Positions 28,611-43,251 of a DNA stretch of 64,000 nt are shown here, in pieces. A program made the translations under genes and the position numbers. Source of the stretch: the human T2T-CHM13v2.0 reference genome, Homo sapiens. Each line of letters starts with the position of its first letter. The first letter of the stretch is position 1. The DNA is taken from the NCBI RefSeq assembly GCF_009914755.1, contig NC_060932.1; one strand, written 5' to 3'. Below the pieces are notes generated by a model that saw nothing but the letters and a program-made list of their open reading frames with translations, had not been told where the DNA came from and did no database searches.

Positions 28611-29770
28611 AAGCAAATTATCAGAAGAAAAATAAAGAGGAGTAACAAGAACCAAAACTAAGAGGCAGCAGGACAAGCAAAAGATTCCAGACAGATGCAG
28701 TATATAAATCTAGATGAATTCATGACCAGCTAGAAATAAGTAAGAGGAAGATTTTCCAGTCAATGCTGTGATTTCAGGCTTTAAATACTTGAAGCCATAG
28801 AAGCTAACCTTTTCATTTAAAAAGATATATCCTCTTTCATGAACAAAATAAATATCTCTATGGGCCAGAAAAAGGATAAAATGCATAACAATAAATGAGT
28901 GTTGAAGCTATATGCCTTTTGAATTAATATACATTGAATTTAAAATAACCTTATCATAAATATCAGAAACATCATGCATTGAGCATATGGAGGACAGCCT
29001 GTTAGGCACAGTGTTGATACATTGCTATTAATTAAATCCATTCTTCATTCATATTTCCTTACTTTTTACCTGACATCGTTTTTCTTTTCCAGGATCCTAT
29101 CCAGGGTACTACATTATATTTAGTTGTCACATCTGGGGTTTTTCTCAGCTGTGACAGTTTATGGTGTCCTTTTCCTAGTTACAATGCTAGAGTTGAGCTC
29201 TTGGCTGCCCCTGACTATTTCTGGACCAGAGCCCTAAAGGGATAGGAAGAGCCAAATAGGAAAGGACGTTGAGAACCAATGATCAGAGACATAGAAGGCA
29301 ATCTTTGTTGTTTCTTCCTGCTCTATAATCCAATAAATTTGTTAATTCTTAGCCTCTGCTAGTAATTAGGAAAACAAATGAAACTATGTCATTCATATGA
29401 TGAAAAGTACAAAAGAAGACGATTAGGATGGGACCTTGACATCCTGGAATTAGAGAATAAAGGTGTTTATGAAAGCTATGTTGGGAATGGTAGCAGGAGA
29501 AGACTCTTTATTCAAAGAGAGAGAGGAAGCAGCACATTGGTTTGGTATCTATTAGTTTTTGCACTTAGTGTAAATCACACTTAGGATTCATTCTGTTTAA
29601 ACACCCTATGTATTGCAGAGTCATACCACATCACACGGCCTGAGACCTTTCTCCTATATTATTTTGGGACTTATAGAAGTCTTAAAGGCAAGGCAGCAGA
29701 GAATAAATGGCTCAGGACTTGAAGGCAGTTTTATGATATGCTACCTGAACAGGGCAGCAGTTGAGTTTAC

Positions 29771-30071
29771 TTTTTTTTTTTTTTTTTTTGGAGACGGATT
29801 TTCTCTCTTGTTGCCCAGGCTGGAGTACAATGGCACAATCTTGGCTCACCACAAACCTCTGCCCTCTGGGTTCAAGCAATTCTCCTGCCTCAGCCTCCTG
29901 AGTAGCTAAAATTACATGTGCCACCACGCCTGACTAATTTTGAATTTTTTTAGTAGAGACAGGGCTTTTCCATATTGATCAGTCTGGTCTTGAACTCCCA
30001 ACGTCAGGTGATCCACCTGCCTCAGCCTCCCAAAGTGATAGGATTACAGGCGTGAACCACCACGCGCAGCC
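29771..30071 (-). mobile_element. AluS (Sq/Sp-like) SINE
   Basis: T-run then ctcttgttgcccaggctggag...tcaggtgatccacc. Confidence 0.93.
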
Positions 30072-30134
30072 AGGTTTACCTTTTATCAGAGGGACTCAGA
30101 GAGGAAAGCTTTAAAGCCTGAAATCTATTCCAAA

Positions 30135-30290
30135 GAATTGCATTCCAAATTTTAATGTGCACGGGGGATCTTACAAAAATACAGATGCTGACTCAACAGA
30201 TCTGGGGCGGGGCCTACAATTTTTTCTGCATTTGTAACGAGATTCAAGATGATGCTGATGCTGATGCTGCCAATCCTGGGTAGCAAGACT
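30135..30290. mobile_element. MER5A (hAT-Charlie) fossil
   Basis: aaaatacagatgctgactca...tctggggcggggcc...gatgatgctgatgctg. Confidence 0.7.
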
Positions 30291-30998
30291 AATTTAAAGA
30301 GCCTGAAGGCTTTCATCATCGAACAGCACATATAAAATACTTTTCACTATTTGATCCCAAGTTATCATCCTGAATCAAGAATCTATTTATCTTAACACGT
30401 GTGTTCCTTTCCCAGAACAAACTACCCAGTTCCCAGTCCTTAACACCTGTAAGAAACCTTTAGAGTAAGAAAAAGAATATGGATATTATTACAGAGACAT
30501 CCCTGTAGTTTTTATACTATAAAAGAAATGACCACAAAGTAGTAATGGATAAAATTGTTTTACTAAAATTAGAGCATTTGAGACACATTAGCAGTTAGCT
30601 GTGACAGTATAGTGTAGTGTAGAGCAGTGAAAATAACACAGGTTCAGATGTACAGACACAAAAACATTAGAATTAGCAATTCACTGGCTATTTTAGCTCT
30701 ATCAGTCATTGGCTGTGTTGGTCAAGTTTGTTGGTCAGTTTTTCAACTGTTAAATGGGAATAAAAGCACTTTCTTCATAGGATTTGTGTGATTATTAAAT
30801 AAGATAGTGCATGTAAATCTCTTAGTACTGAATCTGACTAGTAAGTACTTAACAAATACTTGCAATTTCATTAAAGAAGCAGAAAGAAAATGGAAAGAGG
30901 TTAATAGGGGGAAGTAATAGCTAATCAATAGTAAGTGGTTTTAGCTTGGGAAAATACATTATTGATAAGTTTTTAATACCTATATTCATTTATCCTGA

Positions 30999-31259
<261 letters not shown>

Positions 31260-31997
31260 AGCACGAGGTTCTTGGACGAGAACTATGATCTGCAGAAATA
31301 ACAGCAGGCTGGCTCCCCCTTCCCCAGTCTCCAAGGCGATGCAATGAAGGTAGATGTCAGCTGTACCTACAGGGCTTTCTACTGCAAAACCGCTGAAATT
31401 ATGAATCTGGACATCTGTAGAGGAGCTGGACAGCTGCCCTACTCCCCCTCTGGAAAGAAGGAGAGAAACTTTTGTCCCTAATGTAAAAGAGTCTTCTCTG
31501 GGAAAGATCCCTAAGTTTTTACAGTCCTTTGGAATATAAGAAAAATAGCTCAGGGATTTAGCCTCCTTTGAAATGTAAACACAAAGCCCCAAGGAGATAA
31601 ATCTCTGTTTCTCTCCTGAGCTATCTATTCTATCACCATTTCACCCAGTTGCCAATTTTCTTTGCTCAGAAAGCCTGACCCTGTAGCAACATGAAATTTA
31701 CATCATTTCCTGATAATTATAACCCTATTATAAAGTTACATTAATGGAGAAAAAAATTATTAACTACCTCATATAATAGAAAAAAAGTAAAACCATCCCT
31801 AGCAAATCCTCCCCTACTCAACCTTCATTTCTGATAATTATAATAATAAGAAAAACCCAGGCTTTCTAAAAATTTCCTTCAAATTTTTCATTATTAGTGT
31901 GTGTCATTCATTCCATACCTCCTAAATAATTCCTAATGTGTGAACTATTTTCCTTGTCATTGGATGAGTAGTTATAAAGATAGAAAACAAATTTTCA

Positions 31998-32343
<346 letters not shown>

Positions 32344-32667
32344 CTAGTTTGACCACAAGGCAGATAACACCTGACCAAATGATGTGGCTGTGCTCTGTAT
32401 GGTTCCCACCAATGTACAAACCAGAATGGCTTTGAGTAGCAAGGCTATGAATTTGCAGTCTCCCTAACATCAGCATCACCGAGAACACATGGTCATTGCC
32501 AAGCACAGAAATGACTGAAGACTAATACCCAAGCAATTGCTAAAGGATAGTTGCCAAAGGGAAATTGCTAAAGGACATGTGTCTCCATGAACATAGTCAG
32601 ATGTAACTTGACTAAGCTAAGGGCTACTAGGAAATAGCATTTACATAGCAATCTCGCCAGCCATTTT

Positions 32668-32730
32668 ATTTTTTAAATTTTTTTTTTAATTTTTGTGGGT
32701 ACATTGTAGGTGTATATATTTATTGGGTTA
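32668..32730 (-). mobile_element. Extremely truncated L1MA/L1PB 3' end with TSD
   Basis: ttttgtgggtacattgtaggtgtatatatttat plus T-rich tail between GCCAGCCATTTT repeats (32656-32667, 32731-32742). Confidence 0.8.
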
Positions 32731-32987
32731 GCCAGCCATTTTTAAATAGGTGGTGCTGGGTCACTCAAAGCAAATAATCTGCAAACATGATAGGGGAAAA
32801 AGCAGAGACAAAAGCCTAACAAATGCTTTAAGATTCTGAGACTGTCTCTGTTGCTCAGATTTGTCAGCCATTTGTTTTTTGATTGTATTTTTTCTAACCA
32901 AACTCACAAAGGACCCTGACACCAGTGGAAACATTCAATCCTCATGAGAATTCAAATCCACAACATTATCTGTTATCTGAAAAGCAG

Positions 32988-33315
32988 TTATCTTGGCCAG
33001 TTTGAATTGTTATGACAAATTACCCTAGAATGGGTGGTTTAAACAATGAATGTTGATTTTTCAGTTCTGGAGGCTGGAAAGTCCAAAAATAGATGCTGGC
33101 AGACCCAGTGTCTGGTGAGAACCCACATGCTGGTTTGCAGATGGCCATCTTCTCCTTGTATCCTCATGTCTTTATAGGGCATTAATTCCATTCATGAGGG
33201 CTTCACCCTCATAATATAACTACCTCCCAAAGGCCTCATTACTTAATATCATCACATTGGGGATTCAGCTTCAATATATGAATTTCAAAGGGACACAATA
33301 TTCAATCCATAGCAG
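32988..33315 (-). mobile_element. MLT1A-like MaLR LTR
   Basis: cagttctggaggctggaaagtccaa, ccattcatgagggc, attcaatccatagca. Confidence 0.8.
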
Positions 33316-33589
33316 CAATGCATTAGATGATGCAAAAGCTAGTAAGACAAGGCCCCTTTCTTTAGGAGCTGACTGCTAGTACAGTGGAGCAAAGAGAGTG
33401 AGGGTGCAGTGATTCTAATAACACACAGGATGTAAATGTCCCAAGGCAAGTGCAAAATGCCGTAAGAGTTTAAAAACGGAGGAGCTCATATGTAATTTAG
33501 GAAGAATAAAGCATGGCTCCAGAACAAAGGAAAGTCTGAGGTGGGTCTTCACCTATGGAAAGGATTTCAGTAATAGTTAAGAATCCTAG

Positions 33590-33757
33590 GGTTGGGGGCT
33601 GGGGGAGGGATAGCACTGGGAGAAATACCTAATGCTAATGACAAGTTGATGGGTGCAGCAAACGAACATGGCACATGTATACCTATGTAAGAAACCTGCA
33701 CATTGTGCATATGTACCCTAGAACTTAAAGTATTTTAAAAAGAAGAAGAAGAAGAAG
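33590..33757 (+). mobile_element. L1PA7/8-like 3' end, (GAA)n tail, TSD
   Basis: gggagggatagca...tgtaccctagaacttaaag; TSD AAGAATCCTAG / AAGAATTCTAG after TT. Confidence 0.9.
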
Positions 33758-34924
33758 AAGAATTCTAGAGGCCACTATTGACAGCCAGTCACAGATTTCT
33801 ACAGTGAAGATAATGAAGGAGTTCCAAATGGAGACTTGACGTAGATAGGTTCAGGGTTCAGAGAGGGGGGAATATACTCTCCATCCCAAAAAAGAAGAAT
33901 GGATCTTGAAGTAGAAACCTGAATAAAGAGAGGAAGGAGAGAGGAAAAAGAGGGGAGGGTGAAATTATGAGAATGCTGAGCCTTACACCACCTTCCCACC
34001 TCCTCTATCTGTGACTCCTGAAATTTTAGCAAAGTTTATACAAGTCATGAAATTCTGGCTGTGATTGGATTTTCTGTGGAAACTGATGACAGGATTAAGT
34101 TATTTGTCCTGGCTGAATTAGGCATAAATAGTGAGAAATGGTTACTCCTAGCCAAATGTGTGGTCCTGGACCTGGGTCACAAATATTCAGTCCATAGTGG
34201 CCATGTAGGTATTCTCCTGGGATTCTAAATCTCACATCTGGCAAATTATGTGATTTAATATCCTGTGATCCCAAAGACCCCTTTAGGCCTCAAATTCTTG
34301 AATTTTAATATTTTTAACTGAGATTCATTTTATTAGTGCTGTATTCAAATGAAATTATTACTTTTTAATTTTAATTTTTGGATACAAGTAAAAATGAAAT
34401 TATCTTCAGCATTGATTTGATTTTTTAGCACAACGCCTCTCTAAATAAAGCTCAAAATAACATTTGTTTATGAAAACATGTTCGATTTCTTGTATCATCT
34501 CTTTTCTACTATTTTTTTTCCCCTCCCATTAAGTTTTGTTGTTCCAAATCTAGGCTTAACTCATTTTCCAAAATGTACCAATTTAAGGTTGGACTTGTTT
34601 ATTGCTCATTCATAATTCTAACCATTCATCACATTTTGTTGTTTTGCAGTTTCATAAACTTCTTTATTTAGCACAACTCTATTGCTGGATTAAAATGAGC
34701 AACCTTTGTAATAATTAAATATCTGTATAGAAAGGGATCTTTTCTCAACATGTATGGTCTTTGTTTTGGTTTCATGCCCCCAGATAGTTCTGACAAACTC
34801 AACAATTGTGAATAGCATAAAAACAGGCTTTTTGCATGCAGTAAAACAAAGTTAAAGTTTGCTCAAAAATGCATGCAGAGTGAAATTCTTCAACGTGGGG
34901 AAAAGGAAAAAGTATGGAACTGCA

Positions 34925-35110
34925 TATGCTGGATGCTATGCATTATTATCTCATTTAATAATCTTAAAAACCTTATGCCGTAGGTTTTTTACATCTTCAT
35001 TTTACATGTAAATTTCAGTGATATTCTATGGCTTGCCCAAGGTTGCCTACCTGTAAAGGGGTAGAGTAAGGCTTTAAATCCACATTTGACTTCAAAGCCT
35101 GTCTTCCTTC
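34925..35110 (-). mobile_element. MIR SINE
   Basis: atctcatttaat...cattttaca...gcttgcccaagg...tgacttcaaagcc. Confidence 0.6.
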
Positions 35111-36668
35111 CATTAAATTTTACTTTCTCTGGGTACATGTCATACTATCTTGTGGCCACTTATTTATCAGATGAGATAATGACTGTATCAACTCTGTATA
35201 AACCATAAAGTGCTACATAACTATCACTTATGTTGCTGTAGTTGATAAAAGTGAATAAGCCATTTAAACTTCCTAAGTAACAAAAATAAGTAATTGATAA
35301 GCCCAATTATGCACTTAGTCTTACTGCCGTAATTTTACTTCTCATGTGTATATCTAAACAGTATTTTGTAATCAATACATTACTGCCACTGAAGCATTGA
35401 ACATGCCCGTTCCATATTGTCAAGGTTTGAAAATTCATTGTATGATTTAGTTGTGCTGGGGAATTGTGTGTGTCTGTGTTCTTCAGTAAAAACTAAATAC
35501 GACTTCTATAATTTGCATATTTTACTCCTTAGTAAATTATGAACTGATAAAATTACAGTGGTTTTTTTGATGAAAATCAAAATTAAGCTCGGTAAACATA
35601 TTGCTAAGGAAATGGTAAATTAGAAAAACCAAAAGAAAAGGTTAGGATCTGCAGTGGGATGTAGTATGAATTCTTTAAGAGTGAATCATGTCCAACAACT
35701 TTTCTTAGGAATATGAAAATGCCATAGAGAAGTATGTTGATTTTAGCAGATCCTTTTACAAACTTATGGCTGTCATTTAGAAAGAAAGAGAAATGCACAT
35801 GAGATAATACTCCTAGTTTTGAAGAGTAATAATAAGGGGTCAGATGGGACAGTGGTCCCTAGCGCTGAGCCAAAGGGCCTGAGTTTCGGGCTGTGTCTCA
35901 TCTAGAATTCATTCATATCTTTGACTCATAGAGAAAAGAATGAACACAATGCTGAGTGAGATCAACATATGACAAGATAAGTTCACTTTCAATGATAGCT
36001 GTAAATAGAAAAAATAATATTTATATAATTGATTCAAACTTTATAAAATTGACTCAAATGGAAAAGTTAATATTTGAGAAATTTAAATATTTATTTCTTT
36101 TCTGTCTTTGAAAAAGTCAAGTATACATATACAGATTTCAGAACACTTGGACTAGCAGCAATTTGGGTAAAAAAGATCCAGTGAGTTCATTTGGAAGCTT
36201 GTTCTTTGGGAGTGAACTGTCAATAAAGTGACATAGCAAGCCAAAAAAGGAAAATAAAGTTAAGGAATCAGGAGCACAGAGATACATGTTAACAGTGGAA
36301 CACCCGAGGAGCAAAGATCAACCATTGTTTGTATGGGTTCCATAGGTAAATCTAAAGCCCGTGGGTAAAAGTTCCAGAAAGATCACTATTTAGCTTAATG
36401 TTAAAAAGGACTATATGAAAATAATAAATATATATAAGGGATTCTAGACAACTCTGTCCTAGAGTGAATCTATTTTATTCTTTTAAAATAACATTTTTCA
36501 TTTTTGCACAAAACCATGCTTATATCTGCACCATTCCAGTTTTTAGAATACACAACGTTACAATCAACTTGTTTGCATTTTGATACACTTCTGTTTTCTT
36601 TTCCCTCTAGTACTTCTGCATTTCTGCCCTCAATTAGCATTATAAAAGAGGCTAAAAGCCATGGCTGT

Positions 36669-37047
36669 TGTATTAGTCTGTTTTCATGTTGCTAATAAAG
36701 ACATACTGGAGACTGGGCAATTTACAAAGGAAAGAAGTTTAATGGAGAACTCAGAGTTCCACATGGCTGGGGAAGCCTCACAATCATGGTGGAAGGCAAG
36801 GAGGAGCAAGTCACAGCTTACATGGATGGTGGCAGGCAAAAAGAGAGAGCTCGTGCAGGCAAACTCCTGTTTTGTGAAAACCATCAGATCTCGTGAGACT
36901 CATTCACTATCACGAGAACAGTGCAGGAAAAACCATCCCCCATAATTCAATCACCTCCCACCAAGTTCTTTCCATGACACAGTGGGAATTGTGGGAATTA
37001 CAATTCAAGATGAGATTTGGGTGGGGACACAGAGCCAAACCATATCA
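36669..37047 (-). mobile_element. THE1B-like solo LTR (MaLR)
   Basis: TGTATTAGTC...gagcaagtcaca...tacatggatggtggcaggcaaa...GCCAAACCATATCA. Confidence 0.92.
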
Positions 37048-40000
37048 GGTGCACAGCCAGATATATCCTGATTTAAATCCAGGCTTACCATGTACTATGT
37101 GATGTTGGAAAGGTCACTTAATTTCTCTGACCCTCATTTTCTACATCAGTAAAAAGATATTCTCTATATCACTATGTTGTTTCAGGACAGTGGACTATGT
37201 GCTTTTTAAATTAGGATATCCTTTAAAATATGTTAAATATTTAACAAATAATACCCACAAGTAACAGTTTATAAAAGTATGATAATTCATGTTTTAAAAC
37301 ATTTAGTAGTGTGTCAGACACATAGTAAGTGGTAAATAAATAAAAGTGAATAACTATTATGTTAATGTGAAACAAATTCGTATAATGTTGCTCCTTAAAC
37401 AGTGTTTCAAATGTGTGAGGACCTGACACAAATCATTTATTTTCACTTCATGTGCCTCTACCAACAAGCATAAACTCATGCTATATGTTCTTCTTAGAAG
37501 CACTGTATTGTTTACATTAACCTCTACCAAGAGAAATACAATGGTGAAGAAATGAAAGAACGATTCATTTAAAACATTGGTGCTAGCATGTACTGCATGT
37601 TTCAAGTAGTATCATAAAACCATATCTACCCTGCAAATATTTCCTCTTTTAGTTTGATCCCAAACCAAACCTTTTATTCTTGCTTACCAGTACCTCGCCA
37701 AAACTGAGTTTAGTAAATTGGTGGCTGATACCTGAGAAGCAAGGAAGCAGTTCCCCAGGGTGTGATTAGCTATGGAAACAGTTGATTTCAGTGAGGGTTG
37801 GAGAAGCAGGGAGAGGATTTAACACTGAGTGGTTAAAAATAGTTCCCAAGGGGAATCTAGGGAGGAAGCAGAGATCTTCAAAAGTGCTAGAGAAGAAACA
37901 CATAAAATGAAGTAGGGATAAGATACCAACATTTTACCCAGGCCCAGTGTTTACTGTATGTATTTGGTCCTGGCTACCTGTATCATTTTGTTTAATCTCA
38001 AGTATCTAACTTATGTGTTTTTCACTTTCATTTAGCAAATGGACAAAATTAAGGCTCAGACATGTTAAGGAGCTTGCCTTGAGAGCCCAGTTAGTAACCT
38101 AGAGTAAGGACTTGAGTCTAGCTTCTGTACAAAAGCTGTGCTCCATGTCACTGCCTTCAGTGGATAAAGTGACCCTTTCTTTTACAAAGAGGGCACAATT
38201 ATTTCACAATTTTAATAGGTAGGCAGATTTTTTCCCAAGACCTTTAGAGATAATTTTTTAGATGTAGGCAAAGTGTTCAGCAGCTAAGTTTATACTTGGA
38301 GATTACTATGAATATCAAAATCCTAAAATGAATCAAGTTTACAAGAAAGCAAAACAAAGCAACAAGTAGCCTAAAACTAGTGTTTATTAAACTGGTGTTG
38401 CACTTGACTGGGGAAAACACTCCCCCCTACACCTAGATGGATTTTTGTTCATCTTCAAAGGGCAACTCTAGGAAAATTTGGAGGCAGAGCTTCCTAAACA
38501 TGAAATTCTTATTAAGAACTTAAAAAGTTCTTAAGAAAAGATGTGTTTTACTTCCCAATCCATATTTCCACCAACGTTGGTTAAGAAAATTATATATATG
38601 CATATATCACATATATGCAATCATAAAATTATTCTGTCTTAGTAAATTTCCAGTACGGGTTAGGCACCTATTTTTTTTTCTTTTTTAATTTCCATTCCCT
38701 TCAGTAAAACTGTGGTAGCATTATTGCATAAAAATAGATTCAGTTTAAATGTTTCAAATATATCATGCTGTTAGCAATAACCACGAAGTAGTATCGCTGC
38801 AAGAAAGTAAATTTCTCATTATTTAGCTTGATGCCTAGGGTCATGAGAAGAAAAAAAATTAATATAATTATGTGTCAGTTCTGGCATCTCAGAAGAATCT
38901 TACTTTAATATTTTTAGCAAACTCTCACCATTCTCTGGTTTGTTCTGCTTTTCATAAATAGATAGTTTGTGTCAACGATTGCCCCCAAAGAGTTGAGGGT
39001 ATGCTATATTATTTTTTGCCCTTAACTGATTTCAAATTTAGGTTGTAAGTCCATTAGCTTTTGACTTAAGACACAATTCTGAGCTCCTATTTTTATGAGT
39101 CCTATTTTATTTTCTGTGATAAAAGGGGCTGCACCTATTGTAGCTTGCTCTGAATTTGTATATTGGAGGAGTCTACAGAGCAGAATTGAGGAAGGAGAAA
39201 GAGACTTCCTAATGAGCACTGCACTCATCATTCACAGAATTCCATGAATGTTTTATTGATTAAGTACTGTGCTTTGAATTAATTTAACTAGTTTAATTTA
39301 TGTGTGTTCATGTCATTGTTTTTTCATCCTTTTTTTAATTCCCCACCTGAGATGCAGTGTATTCATCTTTGTTTTTCTTCCATGTTTATTTCATTTTTGT
39401 GGGGGTTAGAGGTTAATGATTCTGAACACTGCATTCACATCAAACAAAAGATAAGACCAACAAAAAATCCTGTAGAAATTGTGTCATTCTTAACCACAAC
39501 TGGTATGGTATCTTTAAAATTTTATGAAAAGCTACTGCCTTCCTTCCTTAGAGAGGAGAGTTGATTTCTTCAGATACAAGTAAGGTGAATATCCCCAGAT
39601 GAATATTCATTGATGAGCTGATACTGTGTGTCAGCTAAGGTTTGCTTAGGAAAACTGAAACTGCTCTAGATATTTGACCAAGAAATAACTTCTTAATACA
39701 GGGAATTATATGCCTACAAAGCTATGGAAAGGGCTGAGGGTCAAGTTCAGAGGAATTATTGCTGATTTTTAGACAAACCCAGAAATGTCAATATGGCAGG
39801 AAGCTATAGCCAGGCTTTCAGCTGCCTGCAGTGCTAAAGTGAATAATTTGTTGAGACCTAACCAAGAAGCCTTTGAAAACCTCCCATTGCCATCCAGCCC
39901 TAAGTCTACCATGTCACAAATGGAGGAAAGGAATGACTTCTCCATATCATCTCCTTTCCAAATCTTTTATGAATAACTCTCCTTGATGGAATTTAAATGG

Positions 40001-41041
40001 AGCCCTTACTATTAGGAGAATTTGGAAAATGTGGTTTTCAAGCTTCTAACTCTTTGGGTCATTGTGCTTAATAGGTCAGGGATGACACTGCATTGACATA
40101 TATATAATAAAAAGCACACTAGTCAGCTCCTATAAGTCTTATGCAGAATTTTATTTTTTTCCCAAAGCACTGGCCTGAGTAATGTTGAATAAATTAACAT
40201 TCTGAATGTTTATGTACCCACTCTTATCCTGTCTCTTAATTGTAGAAAGGATAAGCTTTTTCTTTTTCTTTTTTTTTTTTTTTCATTTATAAGATGGTGT
40301 TCTGGTCAAGGCATAAATCCAAAGGGAGGCAGATGTGCAACACACAGGTAATAAGGGAGTTCCTTAGCAATCAATGAGATTTGAAATGTCCAGCTTTTCT
40401 TTGCCTGTATGAGCATTTTTGTTAGAAAGTTTGATCACATTAAAAGGTGAAGCATGCAGAAACCTATTTCAGTGTTTTCACTTTATCTTGCTTTAGAAGC
40501 TAAAAGGTTATACCTCATCATGGAAATGTTCTTTACAGTATATCTGATTTGTTGTCTATTGGAAAGCGATTATGTCTATAACATCAGTGAAAAGAGCTGT
40601 AGGGAAAAGAGCAATGCTCTTCTTGTGATGTTTCATTCTTTTTGACTGACATAGCACTACGAAAAAGTATTCTGTTTTCCTCTGCAAATAAAAATAATGG
40701 AAAAAAATATATAATGCTGAATCTCGTCATCACAAGAGACGGATTTTCCCTGAAAGTTTGTATTAAAGATTATATGGTTGTGTTGGAACAATTTGTAAAG
40801 TTTGGAACAAGACAATAGTCTCAATTAGCTCCAAAGTATCTCCTATTATTTAATTAATTTTTTTTGTGACTATCCTATTATAAGAACCTTCACAATGGCC
40901 AGCACACTTACATAGACTGGAATTTCGCCATCCGGATTTGGATTAGCTTATTAGAGTTTATTACTGCAAAAGTGATTATCCAGAAACAATATTGCCCATC
41001 TTTTACCATTGTTATTTAACATCTTCTGGAAGTTTGACATT

Positions 41042-41256
41042 AGACTTTTTTAAACTTGGCACTAACGTCATTTTGGGCCATAGAATTATTTGCTGTGAAA
41101 GCGGTCCCGTGCACTACAGGCTGTTTAACAGTATCCCTGGCCTATATCCACTAGATGCCAACAGCACTACTCCCAGTTGTGGCAACCAAAAATGTCCCCA
41201 GGAATTGCCACATGTACCCTGGGGGCAAAGTCACCCCTGGTTGAAAGCTACTCTTC
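41042..41256. mobile_element. MER20 (hAT) DNA transposon
   Basis: ggcact...attttgggcc...ccctggcct...ccactagatgcc...caaccaaaaatgtc...ctggttga. Confidence 0.85.
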
Positions 41257-41789
41257 TAGACACTGCCGTATAATACAAAACAGAAGTTTGAAACAAAGGT
41301 ACTGAAAGGGAGATAAAAATGATTATTTTAGATAATGTGATTGATTGTCTGAAAACAAGACATTCAGCTGGAACGTTATTTGATCTAATGACTTAAATAA
41401 AGTAGCCAAAACAACATAAATGTACAAAAATCAATAACTATCAATAACAAGTTAGCAAAGGTAATTTAGAAGTCCGTTTTATACTGGGTAGCAAAAACAA
41501 AAGAAAAAACTATAAAGAACACAAGCAAAGTGTGTGTGGATATTATAAAGGAGAAAGGAATGAAAATCATTTCACTCTTCCAGACACACAAGCATACTGT
41601 AAACCTATAATAATTAAAACGGTGGTACACAGATGAAGTAACTAACCATTAGACCTTCATGAAATCTTCTTTAAAGTATATCTGACTAGACAAGTAGAAC
41701 AGAATTGCCTCAAAACTGACTTTGATTTACATAACAAAGTTAGTTTTGAAAGGAAGCCCCACAGATCAAAAGGTAAAGGAAGGAAAATA

Positions 41790-42131
<342 letters not shown>

Positions 42132-42489
42132 TTACATTTCAACAAAATAAATGTTGACTGTCACGTGTCATTCGGTAGGGTCTCATTCTACCCGAGAGTC
42201 TGTCTTGTCTTTTTCACCAGGCTACAGGACATTCACCCCAAGGCGTAGCTGAGTCATTTCGTGCTTTACCCACCACAGTTTTTGTTAGATACCTCTGGCA
42301 TGTAATTCCACATGGGGATATGCTTAGCTTTCATCGTGAATGTCCCTTAGCTGTTGTCCCTGCTAAACTGTGCTCACTTTGGGGAGACTTCTGTCATTGC
42401 ATTCCCAGGATCTAACACAGTGGACTTGTTATTTGTTAAGTACATTTATAAAAAGGATCATTCATTTTTAAAATTGTGGTAAACATATA

Positions 42490-42926
42490 TGTAAACCAAC
42501 ATGTGTCTGAGACAGGTCTCAATCAATTTAGAAGTTTATTTTGCCAAGGTAAAGGATGTGCCTGGAAGAGAGGTCTGTACTTTTCTCCAAAGATGATTTT
42601 GAGACCTTCGGTATTTAAAGGGGAAAAGCGAGCTGGAAGGAAAAGAGGAAGGGTATGGTCACATTACTGAATCAAAATGTTGCAAGAAAAAAGGAGCAGT
42701 TAGGGGAACAGTCAATGATGTATTCCCCTCATGGTCAGTAAATCAGTGCTCTACATAAGGTAAGGTGAACATAGAGAAGCTACCTGTGCAGACAGTTAAC
42801 TTTCATCTGCAGCTATTTGCTTAGGCATAAAAGGAAAAGCAGTTGCTTGCGTGACTCAGCTTTCAACTTAATTTTCTCCTTTTGGCATAGTGAATTGGGG
42901 TTCCAAGTTTTTATTTTCCTTTCACA
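42490..42926 (-). mobile_element. MER4-group (ERV1) solo LTR
   Basis: Minus strand starts TGTGAAAGGAAAATAAA...ggaaccccaattcactatgccaaaagg; TG/CA ends; flanks tata/taca. Confidence 0.82.
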
Positions 42927-42955
42927 TACATAACATGAAATTTACTATTTTAACC

Positions 42956-43251
42956 TGTTTGTTTTTATTTTTTAGACGGAGTCTCACTATGTCGCCAGGC
43001 TGGAGTGCAGTGATGCAATCTCGGCTCACTGCAACCTCCGCCTTTGGTTTTAAGCAATTCTCCTGCCTCAGCCTACCAAGTAGCTGGGATTACAAGTGTG
43101 CACCACCACGCCTAGCTAATTTTTGTATTTTTAGTAGAGACCGGGTTTCACCATGTTGGCCAGGATGGTCTTGACCTCCTGACCTCATGATCCACCCGCC
43201 TCAGCCTCCCAAAGTGCTGGGATTACAGGCGTGAGCCACCATACCCAGCCC
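42956..43251 (-). mobile_element. AluSc-like SINE
   Basis: gtcgccaggctgg and ccaggatggtc diagnostics; TSD ATTTTAACC. Confidence 0.93.

Noticed and set aside
31275-31720. Possible old LTR relics here and at ~39625-40050
   Set aside because: LTR-like composition, but I cannot assign family or ends from sequence alone.
36760-36782. PRDM9 hotspot motif in the THE1 LTRs
   Set aside because: Copies read CTTCCCCAGCCAT here and TCTCCCCTGCCAC near 46808; neither matches CCNCCNTNNCCNC.
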